Positions 10,771 through 24,914 of a DNA stretch of 55,182 nucleotides are shown piece after piece. The stretch is from Octopus bimaculoides (lineage: Eukaryota). Position 1 is the first letter of the stretch; each line of letters begins with the position of its first letter. A program made the translations under genes and the position numbers. The stretch lies in contig NC_068985.1 of the NCBI RefSeq assembly GCF_001194135.2, positions 19,098,204-19,153,385 of the forward strand, read 5' to 3'. The notes beneath the pieces were generated by a model. That model did not search any database and had not been told where the DNA came from. It was given only the letters and a program-made list of their open reading frames with translations.

Positions 10771-11008
10771 TATATATATATAACATTATCGACCACATAT
10801 ATACTCGAAATATGTACGATATTAGTTCGTCGCTAGGCAGCGATTTAGTACCGGATGTTAAAACACCTGAAAGTTAAAACATCCGGCGCTTTGACGGAGT
10901 TATCCCCACCGCATTGAATCCCGCGAACAAGTAAAGCACACACATTGAGTATGTGTGGTCTATAATGTTTACAGCACTAGCGCTGCTTCTAATTCATATT
11001 GGAATATA

Positions 11009-11180
11009 GGCGTGGTTGTGTGGTAAGAATCTTGCTTCACAACAACATGGTTACGGGTTCTGCCTCACTACGAGGCATCTTGGGCAAGTATCTTCTCCTA
11101 TAGCCTCGGGCCGACTAAAGCCTTGCGAATGGATTTGGTTGACGGAAACTGAAAGAAGCACGTCGTACTGTCGTATATAT

Positions 11181-11217
<37 letters not shown>

Positions 11218-11309
11218 TGTGTTTTTCTCCCACCACCGCTTGACAACCGGTGCTGGTGTGTTTACGTCCCCGTAACCTAGCAGTTCGGCAAAAGAGACCG
11301 ATAGAAGTA
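11009..11309 (+). mobile_element. tRNA-derived SINE family B with CORE-like block and internal microsatellite, 3'-truncated
   Basis: Head GGCGTGGTTGTGTGGTAAGA, CTTGGGCAAGT (CORE-like), GACGGAAACTGAAAGAAGC, (GT)n, TTTACGTCCCCGTAAC. Confidence 0.85.
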
Positions 11310-12410
11310 AAGGCACTCGTGCAAAAGGGAGGCAAAGCATGACAATAAAGTTAAAATTAGGTTCAGTGTTCAAGCAGCTACTCAGTTAAATGTTCATCGT
11401 TAAATGCCCAGATGTTGCTATTTCCATAAGTTTGAAGTCATGCTTAAAATGGACCGACTCTTGAGTCCTTGAATCTACAATCAAATTAGATGAAAGCTAA
11501 TTAGCTTGATGATTTGCAGAAGGCAAGTCAAAACCTTTTCTGTCTCATAAAGGCTGTTTTGAAAGTTTAGGAGGTGCCTTAATTCGCACAACATTTAAAT
11601 GACCAGGGAAATTGCCAGTGGTGATACAGAAGAGCAGAAAAAATTATTTTGAAGGCGGATATACATCATAAGAAGTGTACAATGCTGATGAAAGTGGGGG
11701 TCTTCTGGATGTGTATGCTGACAAAGACTTTTATTCTTAGCGGAGCAAAGTCTGCTTTATAGTTTCCAGAAATAACCTGACGTTTCTTGTGGAATGAAAT
11801 TCTGTCCTACAAAAGTAGAAGCTTTAATTTCATTCACCAAAATCCAGGGGCTTTCAAGTGCTATGTTAAGTTTAATCAACCTGTAATTTAGCGTTTAAAT
11901 AAACGGGCTTGATTGATTGAGTTTTTTTTTCCTAGACTGGTTTATAAAATTTTCTTTTGTTGCAGAAAGGTAGAGTGCCAAGCGTAATATTTCTAACAAA
12001 ACATTGCGTCCTTTAGACAATGCAACAGCCACTGAGGTGAACTTAAACACTCTTTCTGGTAATGCGAGAGTGGAACTTAACCTCAAGAATGCTACTTCTT
12101 TTCCACAGTCAGTGAATCAAAATTTCGAAGCATATTATCTGAGAAAAGAACCTTGAAACAACTAATGAGGAGGACGAGCCTACAATTAGACACTTCTTGA
12201 GAAAATTCAGTATTATGGATGCAGAAGATAACATAGGCAAATCATCAGATGAGGTAGTACCTTCAGCTATGAATGGTATTTGAACTTTAAACGATAGCCA
12301 TTGGTGATTCGCAGGAATTGGTTTGAAAAGTCTAAGAAGCGCCTTAATTGGCACATTAAAATGAACGGCAAAGCTGCCAGTTCTAATACAGACGCAGCCA
12401 CTTGACCTCA
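11310..12410 (+). pseudogene. Tigger/pogo transposase remnant
   Basis: Frameshifted translation includes EVYNADESG.FW (YNxDETGLFW motif), NATSFPQSVNQ (NTTSLIQPMDQ-like) and WFEKSKKRLNWHIKMNGKAAS (CENP-B HTH-like). Confidence 0.75.
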
Positions 12411-12479
12411 TAGGTTTTCCGCTAGCAGAAAATCCATATCAAGTTTAGTAAAATATCATGACATTAGTAAAGGACGTGG

Positions 12480-12738
12480 GTGGTGGCGCGTGGCTTAGTG
12501 GTTAGGGTGTCAGCATCATGATCGTAAGATTATGGTTTCGATTCCTGGACTGGGTGACAGCGTTGTGTTCTTGATCAAAACACTTCATTTTACGTTGCTC
12601 CAGTCCATTCAACTGGCAAAAATGAGTGACGCTGCGATGGACTGGCGTCCCATCCAGCTGGGGAACACATTCGCCATTGAAACCGGGAAACCGGGCCCAT
12701 GAGCCTGGCTAGGCTTTAAAAGGGCGCACTTATTTATT
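12480..12738 (+). mobile_element. tRNA-derived SINE family C
   Basis: A-box TGGCTTAGTGG and B-box-like GGTTTCGATTCC. The central GCGATGGACTGGCGTCCCATCCAG resembles V/Meta-type SINE conserved domains. Ends in an (ATTT)n tail. Confidence 0.75.
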
Positions 12739-12764
12739 TTAGTAAAGGATGTGTAAAAGGGTAA

Positions 12765-12985
12765 AGACCCCTTAAATCATGAATGATCATGGGATTGCAC
12801 CTAGAAAGTTTTCCTCCAAAGCACAAGTCCGGGTAAGGTTGTTTATGGAAGATTAGCAGTCACCCATGCATACCAGTCTCCCCTCTCTATGTTACTGATG
12901 TTATCCAAGGGAAAGGCAAAGGGGCCGATACAGCTTGGCACCAGTGACGTCGCAACTCATTTCTACAGCTGAGAGAACTGGAGCT
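12765..12985 (-). mobile_element. 3' part of a further SINE/LINE-tail repeat
   Basis: GC-rich block; the minus strand reads GCTCCAGTT.CTCAGCTGTAGAAATGAGTTGCGACGTCACTGGTGCCAAGCTG..., SINE-like central/tail composition. Family assignment is from recall only. Confidence 0.5.
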
Positions 12986-13268
12986 GAAGAAATCCTAGGA
13001 AATGATGTGGCTGAGTTGCTTAGTTCTCAAGCAAGCAAGCAGGGCGAAAAGGGACTGTAAAGGGACTGTAAAGGGACTTCACCCACACTACTTAGTGACT
13101 ATAAAGGTCATGACTAAAGCGTTGCTGAACATTACATAAAAATTACAAAAGGACCTCACAATAAATTCGGTTTCGGTACTGAGCTGTAGAAAGGGATGGT
13201 TGCATATTTACTGTGCACCTTCCAAAATAACTTCCTCCGTCAACAGCAGATGATTGTAATAAGGATGT

Positions 13269-13432
13269 TGACGACGATGATGATGATGATGGTGATGATG
13301 ATGATGATGATGATGATCGTGATGATGGTGATGATGATGGTGATGAGCTAGAAGATAATACATCTTATCATCTCAGTAACTGTCACTGCACCATTACCTA
13401 TCACACCGTAGTCGACATCATTTGCGGCGAGT

Positions 13433-13490
<58 letters not shown>
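13269..13490. repeat. (GAT)n and (GT)n microsatellites
   Basis: Direct reading. Confidence 0.95.
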
Positions 13491-13492
<2 letters not shown>

Positions 13493-13779
13493 TTTATGTA
13501 TATATGTATATGAACACACATATATACACACATCTACATATATTCACATGCAGGCATCCACCGCGTTGAAAGCTTCCACTGCCTGACTCTATGTGATTGT
13601 ACATCAACTTTAAGCACGCACACACATTAGAATATTTTAAACACGAACATTTCATGAGAAATACATTAGGGAATAAATAAACCTATAATATTATGATAAA
13701 GCTGTAGTTTTATTTATTCCCTAATGTATTCCTCTTAAAATGGTTTTATGTATACATGTATACATACTGTAACGTGTGC

Positions 13780-15478
<1,699 letters not shown>

Positions 15479-16149
15479 TCCTTTCCTTTCTAGTTTCAGC
15501 TTGAGAGCTGCGCCATTCTGGGGGCTCCGCAATTTGCTTTGCTACACTTTCACTAAACCTCCTCTGATGTGTGGCATTCGGTGAATAAAGGAGTTTGACG
15601 ATGCTGTTCTCATCAGCGTTTCATTCGGAACTCTTGACAGGAAGAGATCCATAAAATACATACTATATACGTAAAATACATACTATATACGTATTATATA
15701 TACGTCTTATGTATGTATGTACATTTATTTATCGAATAGATAGGGATGATATATCGAGGTAGGTACCCTCCAAGCACTCAATTATAATGCAAGTTATGGT
15801 TAACCGCATCGAGTGGTAAGGAACACCTAGGATTAATTGAGGCAAGCAATTCTAATGTATTTCATCCAATAGTTAAGTCATGGGTTCGCTTTATCGGATT
15901 ATAAATAGCTTACCAAGTGTATAACCAAGACAAGTACAATAAATGCAGAGAATAATACATCTGCACATTTTTTATTTTTACTGTTAACTCTGCAACATAT
16001 TTAATCAAATCTGTTCAGCATATGTTTCTACTGCATAGTCATCTCGCAGTTGCATTTGCACCCGTTTTCATTCATCTGGTTAAGAAATTACGCAGTTTTG
16101 CTCAAGGTGGTTTGAAGCAACTGCGAGATGTCTATACAGCAGAAAAATA

Positions 16150-16860
16150 CGAGGTGGTATCAAAAAGTTGCCGGACTAGTTCTGTAGCGCGGCAACAGAC
16201 AACGGTACACGGTTGCATGCGCAGTAAGAGCTAGCAGTGACCTTCATGAGACAGTGTGCCGAGTGACATTGCTGTGTTTACTTCGCAAGTTGTGAAATTT
16301 GTGTTTTTGTTATCACATGTCTACTGTTGTCTGCAGTTTTGTCATGGACAGGAACAAAGAGCCAACGTGAAATTTTGCGGTAAACTTGGGAAGTCTCCTA
16401 CAGAGATATTAAGCATGCTTCGGCAGGCTTACGGTGGAGCCTCAAAAGCGAAAGAACATCTCTGGAAGCCTCAAAAGCGAAAGAACATCTCTGGAAGATG
16501 ATGAGCAATCTGGAAGACCTGTCAAGAACATCACCTACGGAAATGTGGTATTGTGCATCGAGAATTCGTCCCTTGGGGCCAGACTGTCAATCGAGAGTTC
16601 TACTGCCACGTTTTGAAGTGTTTGAGGGAGAATATTCGGCAAAAGCGACCAAATCTGTGGAGTGCGAAGAATTGGATTCTTCACCGAGCTCTCCTCGCTC
16701 GTGAGTTTCTCGCCAAAAACAACAAGGTATCACTTCCGCACTCGCTCCATTCGCCAGATTTTGAACCTGTGGACTTCCATCTCTTCCCTAAGATGAAAAT
16801 GCAGCTAAAAGGTCGCTGTTTTAACACCGTTGTCGAGATTCAGATCGAATCGCAGAACTC
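16150..16860 (+). mobile_element. Mariner transposon, internally deleted, 3' end missing
   Basis: TA+CGAGGTGGTATCAAAAAGTT left TIR. Translation includes QRANVKFCGKLGKSPTE (HTH), LEDDEQSGRP, EFVPWGQTVNREFY, and HSPDFEPVDFHLFPKMKMQLKGRCF (YSPDLAP-like motif). Confidence 0.92.
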
Positions 16861-16898
16861 ATTGGTAATTTTCCTGCATATATCATTGTAAATGTATC

Positions 16899-17048
16899 GT
16901 ACATTTATGAGTACACAAGGTTTCAAAACTGCTCTGTACATTTATGAGTAGGCAAGATTTCTAAAACAGCTCTGTAAGTTTATGAACAGGTAAGCTTTTT
17001 AAAGCTGCTCTGTACATTCATGATTAGACAAGGTTTTAAAACAACTCT
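16899..17048. repeat. Diverged 37-38-bp minisatellite, 4 copies
   Basis: Units start at 16899, 16936, 16974 and 17012: GTACATTTATGAGTA..CAAG.TTT.AAAAC.GCTCT. Confidence 0.85.
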
Positions 17049-18543
17049 CTTAACTGCCACCTAAAATCAAATATTTCATTTGTCAGTGAGAATTGATAAA
17101 AACGAACATTATAGACGTCCAAAAAGGGTTCTCCTGAAAACTGATCCTATCAACAGACGTGTAATTTGATTGATAGTAATTATCATAAGGTTATGTTAGT
17201 TCTCCAAGTGTCATTTATATAATTAAATTAAGTAAAGTATCTGTATCTTTTGTTAGTACTAATTAATATGCAATTCATTGGTAAAGTGTTAGTTGCGCGC
17301 GCGCGCATAAGCGTGTGTTGCATGTGTGTGCGTGTGTGTGTGTGCGTAATTGAATTGCGTGTGAGTGTGTGCGTAATTGAATTCTTAGTTTTATTTCTTT
17401 TTACTAATGGGTAATTATTTTGTCTATTAACGTAACTCTATGTTTACATACGTCTTCTTTTTTCTTTTCGTTTAAGCTTTAGGTGTTTACGCTGAAGCTG
17501 TTTCTCGTGACACAATCTTCCCGTTTTTCCCCCCGCAGTTGCTCATCTTGCAAACGATTAATTACAACTGTAGCTGTATCTCATTAACATCGAAACAAGA
17601 TAAAACTGCAGTTTTGACACGAGCTTTACTTTCAGCATTTGCTGCCCACTTAACACAAAACATTAATCACGTGACACCATTTCACTTTTTCTCGGAATTT
17701 GCCATAATCGTTTATTTCTATCTTATTTTAAAAACACTTTATATCACCTCTCACCAAAGATCAACGCCTCAAAGCAGGGAAATCAACGCCAGAAACTGTA
17801 GTAAAGCTACAACTTAAGAATAAATAGAATAAAACAAAGTTCAATAAAATTCTCATTAGTATTACTTGGTATTTACATTCTCCTTGTATCTTCACATTAT
17901 TTCATGGAGCGCTACTTGTATTAAGAAATATTTTTGCTCTTAGAGGAAATAAACTGACAATAAAGTTGATTTTAGTTTCTGCTTCTTAAATGCTTTATTT
18001 TTATTGCAAAGTCGGAGGAGGTAGTGCAGCGGTCATAACAAGTGAGATGAAAATAATCTCTGACCGGGACTAGTGAAATGAAGTTATTCTTTGAATGCTT
18101 GCAATAGAGCGGTTTCTGTTAACGAAACCGAACAAGCAAGCGGCACTGGGGGTGTTAAACTGAGCGGTGGATTAAGTATACCAACCAAAGAGGTGAGGGA
18201 AGTAAAGGTAAAGTGACTCAAAATGATCCTGGTATATGTAGTTTTGAATAGTTATTATGACAGTTTTACAATTTTAACTGACTGTTGCAATTTTATTGTC
18301 AGAGATGATTTCCAGCTGTGAGCCTTTATGAGTGTTAGTGGTGACGATCGAGCGATCGATAGTGGTAGGATCGAAACGTTTTATAGGCAAAAACAAGTGG
18401 TTATAATTTATGTTGTGATTGCAAGTTAAAGTTATGCTTGTGATGAGAAGTTATTGTAAACTGACTTTCGAGCAGTCGTAAGAAATATTATCGGCTTCAC
18501 TTGTCGGCAACGTCCAAGAATTGTTTGAATGTGCATCTGTATA

Positions 18544-18576
18544 CACACACACACACACACACACACACGCGCGCGC

Positions 18577-18652
<76 letters not shown>
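18544..18652. repeat. (CA)n microsatellite
   Basis: Direct reading. Confidence 0.97.
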
Positions 18653-18657
<5 letters not shown>

Positions 18658-19053
18658 GCAAATTAGTTGCTCTAGCTTTCTGGAGCTATTAAATTTGATG
18701 TTTATATAAACGGATAAGCTAATTATTTCTCTGGGATTGGTAGTGATATAGACACCTCTGACGAAACCCTAATAAGTGTCGAAAATCTATAAAGGCTGTT
18801 CATAATTTTTCTCAATCTCTGGAGAAATAGGTGAATTTGACACGTTTGTATGCTTACAACGTAGGTTTATCCTCTTTTACTTATCGCAGTCATTGCATAA
18901 GAGTTTTCTTTGTGTCTTGTACAAAGAAAACATAAAACTACTTGTGTAAGGTAGAAGAAAAGGTGTCAGACTAATACTTTTGCAGTGTTTTGTTTCACCT
19001 GTCTGTATTCTATATTTCAATCCCATTTGAGTTCATAAAATAAGAACCAGTAA

Positions 19054-19130
19054 TATTTTAGGTTTCCATAAATTATAGGTTTCCGTAAATTATTTAGGTT
19101 TCCATAAATTATTTAGGTTTCCATAAATTA
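19054..19130. repeat. ~19-20-bp tandem repeat TATTTAGGTTTCCATAAAT, ~4 copies
   Basis: Direct reading. Confidence 0.9.
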
Positions 19131-19184
19131 TAATGCATTTTAAATCCAGAAAACTTTAAAAGGATATTAAATCGGCCCAAAATA

Positions 19185-19325
19185 CTTAACTGGCACCTTA
19201 TCTAATCGAACTTGGAAGAATGACAGACATACTTGATCTCAGCGGGATTTGAATTCACAAAGTCAAATGTGGAGACCAAGTATTCGCAAGACATTTTGCC
19301 CGATGTTTTAATGATTCTGTGCTGG
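19185..19325 (-). mobile_element. Degenerate SINE family A
   Basis: CTCAGCGGGATTTGAATTCA...ACATTTTGCCCGATG is the reverse complement of the SINE head/core. Confidence 0.6.
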
Positions 19326-19690
19326 CAAAAATGCTCAAATAAAAATATTTGTACTAATCAATACATGGTACCAAGTGAATGCAAATCCTGCCGAGGTAAT
19401 CTTTGCCTTTCACACTTTTGACAAAATAAATTATTATTCAAATACATGGGTTGGCATAATCAGTTAGCTACCACGCTGACCTTGCTGCTAAATCAAAAAT
19501 AATTTAGATTACCAACATTACATTCTTAGTAACCCAAGATTGCAATTTGAAACCGTTTCTCTTAACTTCAGACATAAACACTATTAAGAAAGATAGGAAC
19601 ATCACACTTTTGCTTCTCCTAAAACTGTTAGTCTTTCTGCTTAGTCAAAATGAAATACTCATACACCACATAGCCACATGCACGCACACA

Positions 19691-19757
<67 letters not shown>

Positions 19758-20287
19758 NNNNNNNNNNNNNNNNNNNNNNNNNNNNNNNNNNNNNNNNNNN
19801 NNNNNNNNNNNNNNNNNNNNNNNNNNNNNNNNNNNNNNNNNNNNNNNNNNNNNNNNNNNNNNNNNNNNNNNNNNNNNGGGGGGGGGGGTGTTACAAACAC
19901 CATGCATCGGTGTAACGAATTAATATTTTGATTAGTACTTTATTACAAATGTTTGGAAAGAGTTAAGAAATGAAAAGACTTTAACTTCAACGAAGGCATT
20001 GGTATAATTTAAACAAACCACAAACCCTTCTCGTTTGTTCGTGTATCTTTTCATTTATGTTTCAATGTTTCTTCAGTTAAGTGAAAGTCTTGGCATACAC
20101 CCAAGAGTAATGTCGTAGTAGAGAATTCCTATTTCTTACGAATAGGTCAAATCGATGCTACGACAGAATGTGCATTTCACAATGATATGCTCTTGTTAAT
20201 CTGCTGTCGTTTGATCAATTAAGAGGCAAAACAACACAAACTTTCTATTAGAAAAAAGATAATTTTCTCCGTAGTTACTTTTGTGTG

Positions 20288-20642
20288 TAACCCTTTGGTA
20301 TCCATATTTATGTTGAAGCTCACAGCCTTTATTTCAATTCATTTTGAAAACAATGAAGAACTTATTGAAATAACATTGTTGATATTGAACGGGAGTTTGG
20401 AAGATCGTTTAATATGGAATCTTAATGGAAAGTTTAAATTTTAACCCTTCTCATGTGTAACTTTTTTGTGATCATATTTCTCTTTGATTCAATAAATTTC
20501 AAAATTAATGAAGAAATTATTAAAATGACTTTGTTATTTAGCTGTGTTGGGAATATAACTTAATATGGAATTTTGATTGAAGATCATAATTAAACAGAGA
20601 ATTTGTATCATAGAGCTAGGTGCGGTCCCAGGCGGGTTGGAA
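20288..20642. mobile_element. AT-rich non-autonomous DNA element beginning TAACCCTT, with a ~153-bp internal tandem duplication
   Basis: Two units start TAACCCTT at ~20288 and ~20442 and share TTCAAT..ATTT..AAAA.AATGAAGAA.TTATT.AAAT and TAATATGGAAT.TT.AT. The element ends with GC-rich GGCGGGTTGG. Confidence 0.55.
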
Positions 20643-21049
20643 GCATTTCAGAGAATGCCAGATATGAAATTCAAATAAAACATCATCTGAAGAATCGTCA
20701 CCCCAGACTTTGGTAGGATGATGATTCTTCGGGTAGGATACCCTGAGGGTGATGACTCTTGGAGTGGTACCCCATCTGGAGTGACAATTTTTCAGGTCGG
20801 GTCAGAGAGAAGGCAGAACATTGGTTCATTTCACTGACTCCCCACCACCATCATTACCACCACAAATATTAAACCCACCACCTTCATTACCACTGTTATT
20901 ATAATCTTTATCACCAACATCACCACTGGCAGACACCAAAACCACTAGAAATCCTTATTTATTGTCATCATTATCTCAGACACAACATTGGTGCACATCC
21001 AATCAACACCTGCCTCACTACCATCACCACCACGCCACAACGACAACCG

Positions 21050-21263
21050 CCGTAGCGAGCTGACAGAATTGTTGGCACTCTTGGCAAAATGCTTAGCGGC
21101 ATTTCTTCCGCTTTTACATTCTGAGTTCAAATTCTGCCGAGGTCGACTTTGCCTTTCATCCTTTCGGGGTCGATGAAATAAGTACCAGTTGAGCACAGGG
21201 GCGATGTAATCAGTTTACCCCCTCCTCATAATTGCTGGCCTTGTGCCAAAATGTGAAACCAAT
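21050..21263 (+). mobile_element. SINE family A, full length
   Basis: All diagnostic blocks are present, including GAGTTCAAATTCTGCCGAGGTCGACTTTGCCTTTCATCCTTTCGGGGTCGAT. Confidence 0.92.
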
Positions 21264-21269
21264 GTTAAA

Positions 21270-21495
21270 ATAGGAAGAAAGACTAGAGGGAGGACAATGC
21301 TCATTATGAAAGATAAGAGCAAGGGTAATACAGCTAGCAACTATAGACCAATCACTTGCTTACCATTAATGTGGAAGCTGTTAACAGAAATGCTTTCAGA
21401 AAGTATTAACGAACACTTTCACAACCAGAATTTACTGCCAGAAGAACAGAAAGTTTGCAGGAGGAAGGCTAGAGAAGCGCATAGGCAAAGTAGTT
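21270..21495 (+). pseudogene. R4/Dong-clade non-LTR retrotransposon RT fragment
   Basis: ORF 21243-21503 reads GRTMLIMKDKSKGNTASNYRPITCLPLMWKLLT...LLPEEQKVCRR, typical of R4/Dong RT domains 0-1. Confidence 0.85.
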
Positions 21496-21559
21496 TTAAA
21501 TGAATAGATTTAATGGATAGAGTATAGGAAAGCCTATACTGAATATATTCCTTTTCTAC

Positions 21560-21692
21560 TGTAAGCACAAGGTCTGACATTTTTGGGGAGGGCGTTGTTT
21601 GATTACATCGACCCCAGTGCGCAACTGATAGTTATTTAATCGACCCCGAAAGGAGGAAAGGCAAAGTTGACCTCAGCGGAATTTGAACTCAG
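21560..21692 (-). mobile_element. SINE family A, head missing
   Basis: GATTACATCGACCCCAGT...GAAAGGCAAAGTTGACCTCAGCGGAATTTGAACTCAG. Confidence 0.85.
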
Positions 21693-21863
21693 TTTTACAG
21701 AATACAGTTACAATACATATAAACAGTTGCAATACATATACCGGGCATAATAGTACTCAGTAACTGAAAATCTATAAGATCGTTTCTTTGATTGATTGTA
21801 GTTTTATACAAAAAGAACCCTGGTGCCAATTTAATTTGCACAAGGTTTTTAATTTTGAACGTA

Positions 21864-22086
21864 CGAGGGTGGGAGGGACTGAAAAGTTTCTGACTTTAAG
21901 GGTGTCGCAAAACCTGGTTAGAGGCTCAACATTCCGAGTTCTTTTACAGGGCTTAGAAAAACTGAAGGACCGCTGTGCTGCAATAGTTCATGAATCTGAG
22001 CGGGGAATATGTTGAATAAAGTCATAATTAACTGATCCTCCTGTATTTTCATTTACCCAAAGCCAGGAACTTTTCAGGACCCTTCG
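21864..22086 (+). mobile_element. Non-autonomous mariner deletion derivative
   Basis: TA-flanked imperfect TIRs (CGAGGG..CTGAAAAGTTTCTG / CAGGAACTTTTCAGGACCCTTCG). Internal GLEKLKDRCAAIV..ERGIC resembles the mariner C-terminal end (GIEKL..RW.KC...G.Y). Confidence 0.8.
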
Positions 22087-22219
22087 TATAAAGTCAGTGT
22101 CTGGCTGAAATTATAATATGTCCCCGAAGTTTATGTAACAACAGATGGAAACTATAGAACTGAACTGAGTATATTGACTGATGTTTGAACAAAAGAAAAA
22201 TTGAAGAGAATAAAAAAAG

Positions 22220-22224
<5 letters not shown>

Positions 22225-22279
<55 letters not shown>

Positions 22280-23095
22280 AGGTGGGGAGAGGGCAGGGGA
22301 GTGAGAGAGAGGGATTTAGTGAGAGGGAAAGCAATCGGTCGTTGTAAGTTGAACCATCTGTGATCACAAAATTTCTGGCAGGGCAATGCCACAGATACCT
22401 AACATTTAGTCGAAGCTATCAATAAATGGAGTTTCTGCAGCAAATTTGGCAACGTTCAACCGAGAATCTTCCAAAATGAAAACAAGCAGCAGATTGTTTT
22501 GTAGACGCCCATCATTCCATAGCCTTGATGTCAGTATCATTTAATTTAAACACTCTGCTTACATTATTTGGCGATGTAAAAAAATTCTTATACTCCTAAA
22601 AACTATTATCTTCCTATTAATATATTTCAGCAATTACGAGAATAAGGATAACATAAGGGAAAACAGAACAAACAAACAGTTTTTTAGATTATTGTTGCTT
22701 CATGCATTGATTAGTGATTGATTAGCACTAAATAAATTTGTTGGTTTTCAATCCCAACCCAAGCACACACACACACACACACACACATGCATATGTCTGG
22801 GTATGTATGTGTGTGTGTATGTATGTATGTATGTATGTATGTATGTGTGTATATGCGTGTATATAAATATGTGTATATATACGTGTGAGTATATATATAT
22901 ATGTGTGTGTATGCATGTGTATGTGTATGTGTGTGTGTGTATGTGTATATGTGTGTGTGTATTTATTTGTGCGTATATCTTTATATGTATGCGTGTATGT
23001 ATGTGTATATGTATGTGTGAGTATGTATATGTATGTATATGAACGCATGTAATTGCGTACGTATGTATGTATGTATGTGTGTATGTATGTAACTT
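22225..23095. repeat. (GA)n, (CA)n and (GT/GTAT)n microsatellite tracts (22225-22280, 22766-23095)
   Basis: Direct reading. Confidence 0.9.
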
Positions 23096-23679
23096 GAAGC
23101 TAAACTACTTGAAACAGCCAAAAGGAGAGAAAAAGAATGAAGCAAAGAGTCCAAAACGTTTTCCCATCAGTATAGATTAGTGGTTGATCAATGCAAATTA
23201 TTGTTTTCATTTGATTATATCAAATTAACTTAGCTTACTTGAATTTTCATCAGAAAAATCAATACATCTATATGTAATTACTATAATTCTAATAAGATTT
23301 GCTTTCGTTCAAGAACCCAGTAATGAAATAGCGATCTTTTATCGGTTAATAAAATGTGTTAAACTTTCAGACAAATTAATGATTTTATAGCATTTTTCAA
23401 ATCCTTTAATCAGGATATAAAGCAGTGCCCATGATCTGTTTTACAGGAGTTCTCATTCTCTCCCGTAAAGGTTTCTTAAAATCGGAGACTGTCTGAATAC
23501 TTCAAAAAGAATGGTCTCCGTTAAAAGCATTTTCTGTATTAGTGTTAAATCGGGCGACGGTGTAAACTTGCTGCTATAGTGGAATATGAAGTAAGAATGC
23601 CAAAAACCCAAACAAATACCGTAAGATATCCGGTTCTACGTTCTTACACTTCCGCTAATCACCAGCCAGGATTAGAATT

Positions 23680-23815
23680 TTTTCTTATCGACTGCGAAAG
23701 GATGAAAGAGAAAGCTGGCTTCCGTTAAACTTGAACTCAGAACGTAGAGAATCAAAATACTGTAAGACATTCTATCTGCCACTCCTAACGACTCGTGTCA
23801 AGTCGCCACTTTAAG
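23680..23815 (-). mobile_element. Degenerate SINE family A
   Basis: TATCGAC..CGAAAGGATGAAAG...TTGAACTCAGAACGTA. Confidence 0.7.
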
Positions 23816-24405
23816 CTAGTTCGTCAAAAAATTTAATTAATTAATTCATCATGCTAACGTTGCGATTTTTGAAGGCGGAGGCTCCAGTAAGGTCTGAACC
23901 ATGATGACTAAAACAAATTAAACAACTAGATAGTTATTTTTTACATCCCTGTAAATACAGTTATAACTTCCTATACTGAGTTTTGTTTCTTCAGATCAAT
24001 ACTTAAGAGGTCTTCTACATATGATACTATTTCGAATTTATTGACTTCATAAATTTCACAAGAGCGTGGAGATTAAATACGAGATAAATAAGAATTTATC
24101 GAGGTAGTTATTCTTCTACTATGTTCTAGGAGTAGAACAAGTGTCAAATTCTTTTGGCTTTGTGGGCCGAATTGAAACATGATCAAGATCTTGCGAGCGG
24201 GTGAGGGACAGTTATTCTTGAAAACCCTATTCATAATGTAGGTCAGGGTAAATGGATAAAGGGGTCGATATACTTTATAACGATTTTATTAAGAATACAG
24301 AAATGGAAGAATATAAGGTGTTAGCAAAGTCTGTATGCAGAAATGTGTGGGAAAAACCTCTTCCACATGGAGAATTGAAATAGAAATTGTCCAAATGAAT
24401 GCATA

Positions 24406-24772
24406 GGAGGGTGGGCTGAAAAGTTCATAGACTGACTATGAAGGAGTGATGTTAGTGCTATGAAATCTTGCATGTATTAATTTCAACTCTTATTTCAACA
24501 GTATTGTTTCTTCCCAGATAAAGTGACACCTGACTCTTCAAAGAAGACTTCAAAAATATCTGTAGCGACTTCTCTTGAAAACACAAAATTTGTCACCGTG
24601 GTGTTATCAAGTACCTGCAGAAAAAGGGTTTAGCCTCCCGCCCCCCACCAAGGACATTCATACTGACATGCTTGCTACATTAGGAGATGACGCTTCAGCT
24701 TTATCAACATTGTAAAAGTGGGCAGCTGAATTTAGGAGGGGAACAGAGAGTCTTGAAGATCACCCAAATTTC
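24406..24772 (+). mobile_element. Mariner 5' fragment (TIR plus HTH)
   Basis: TA+GGAGGGTGGGCTGAAAAGTTC TIR. Translation HRGVIKYLQKKGL...DIHTDMLATLGDDASALSTL*KWAAEFRRGTESLEDHP matches the mariner HTH. Confidence 0.85.
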
Positions 24773-24914
24773 TGTATTTTCTAAATGAAAAAAAAACAAA
24801 ACAAAAAAAAAACAAAACAAAACAAGACAAAACATCCAGAGAGTCCGATGAACCTGGCCAGTAAAGTGAAGTTCGTGAGTTTATGACACGAACTTATCCA
24901 AACTCACAAGTTTC

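Noticed and set aside
15560-15650. Minus-strand CTGATGAGAAC...GTCAAAC hammerhead-like text
   Set aside because: No GAAA, poor stem II and no stem I; likely part of an ordinary repeat.
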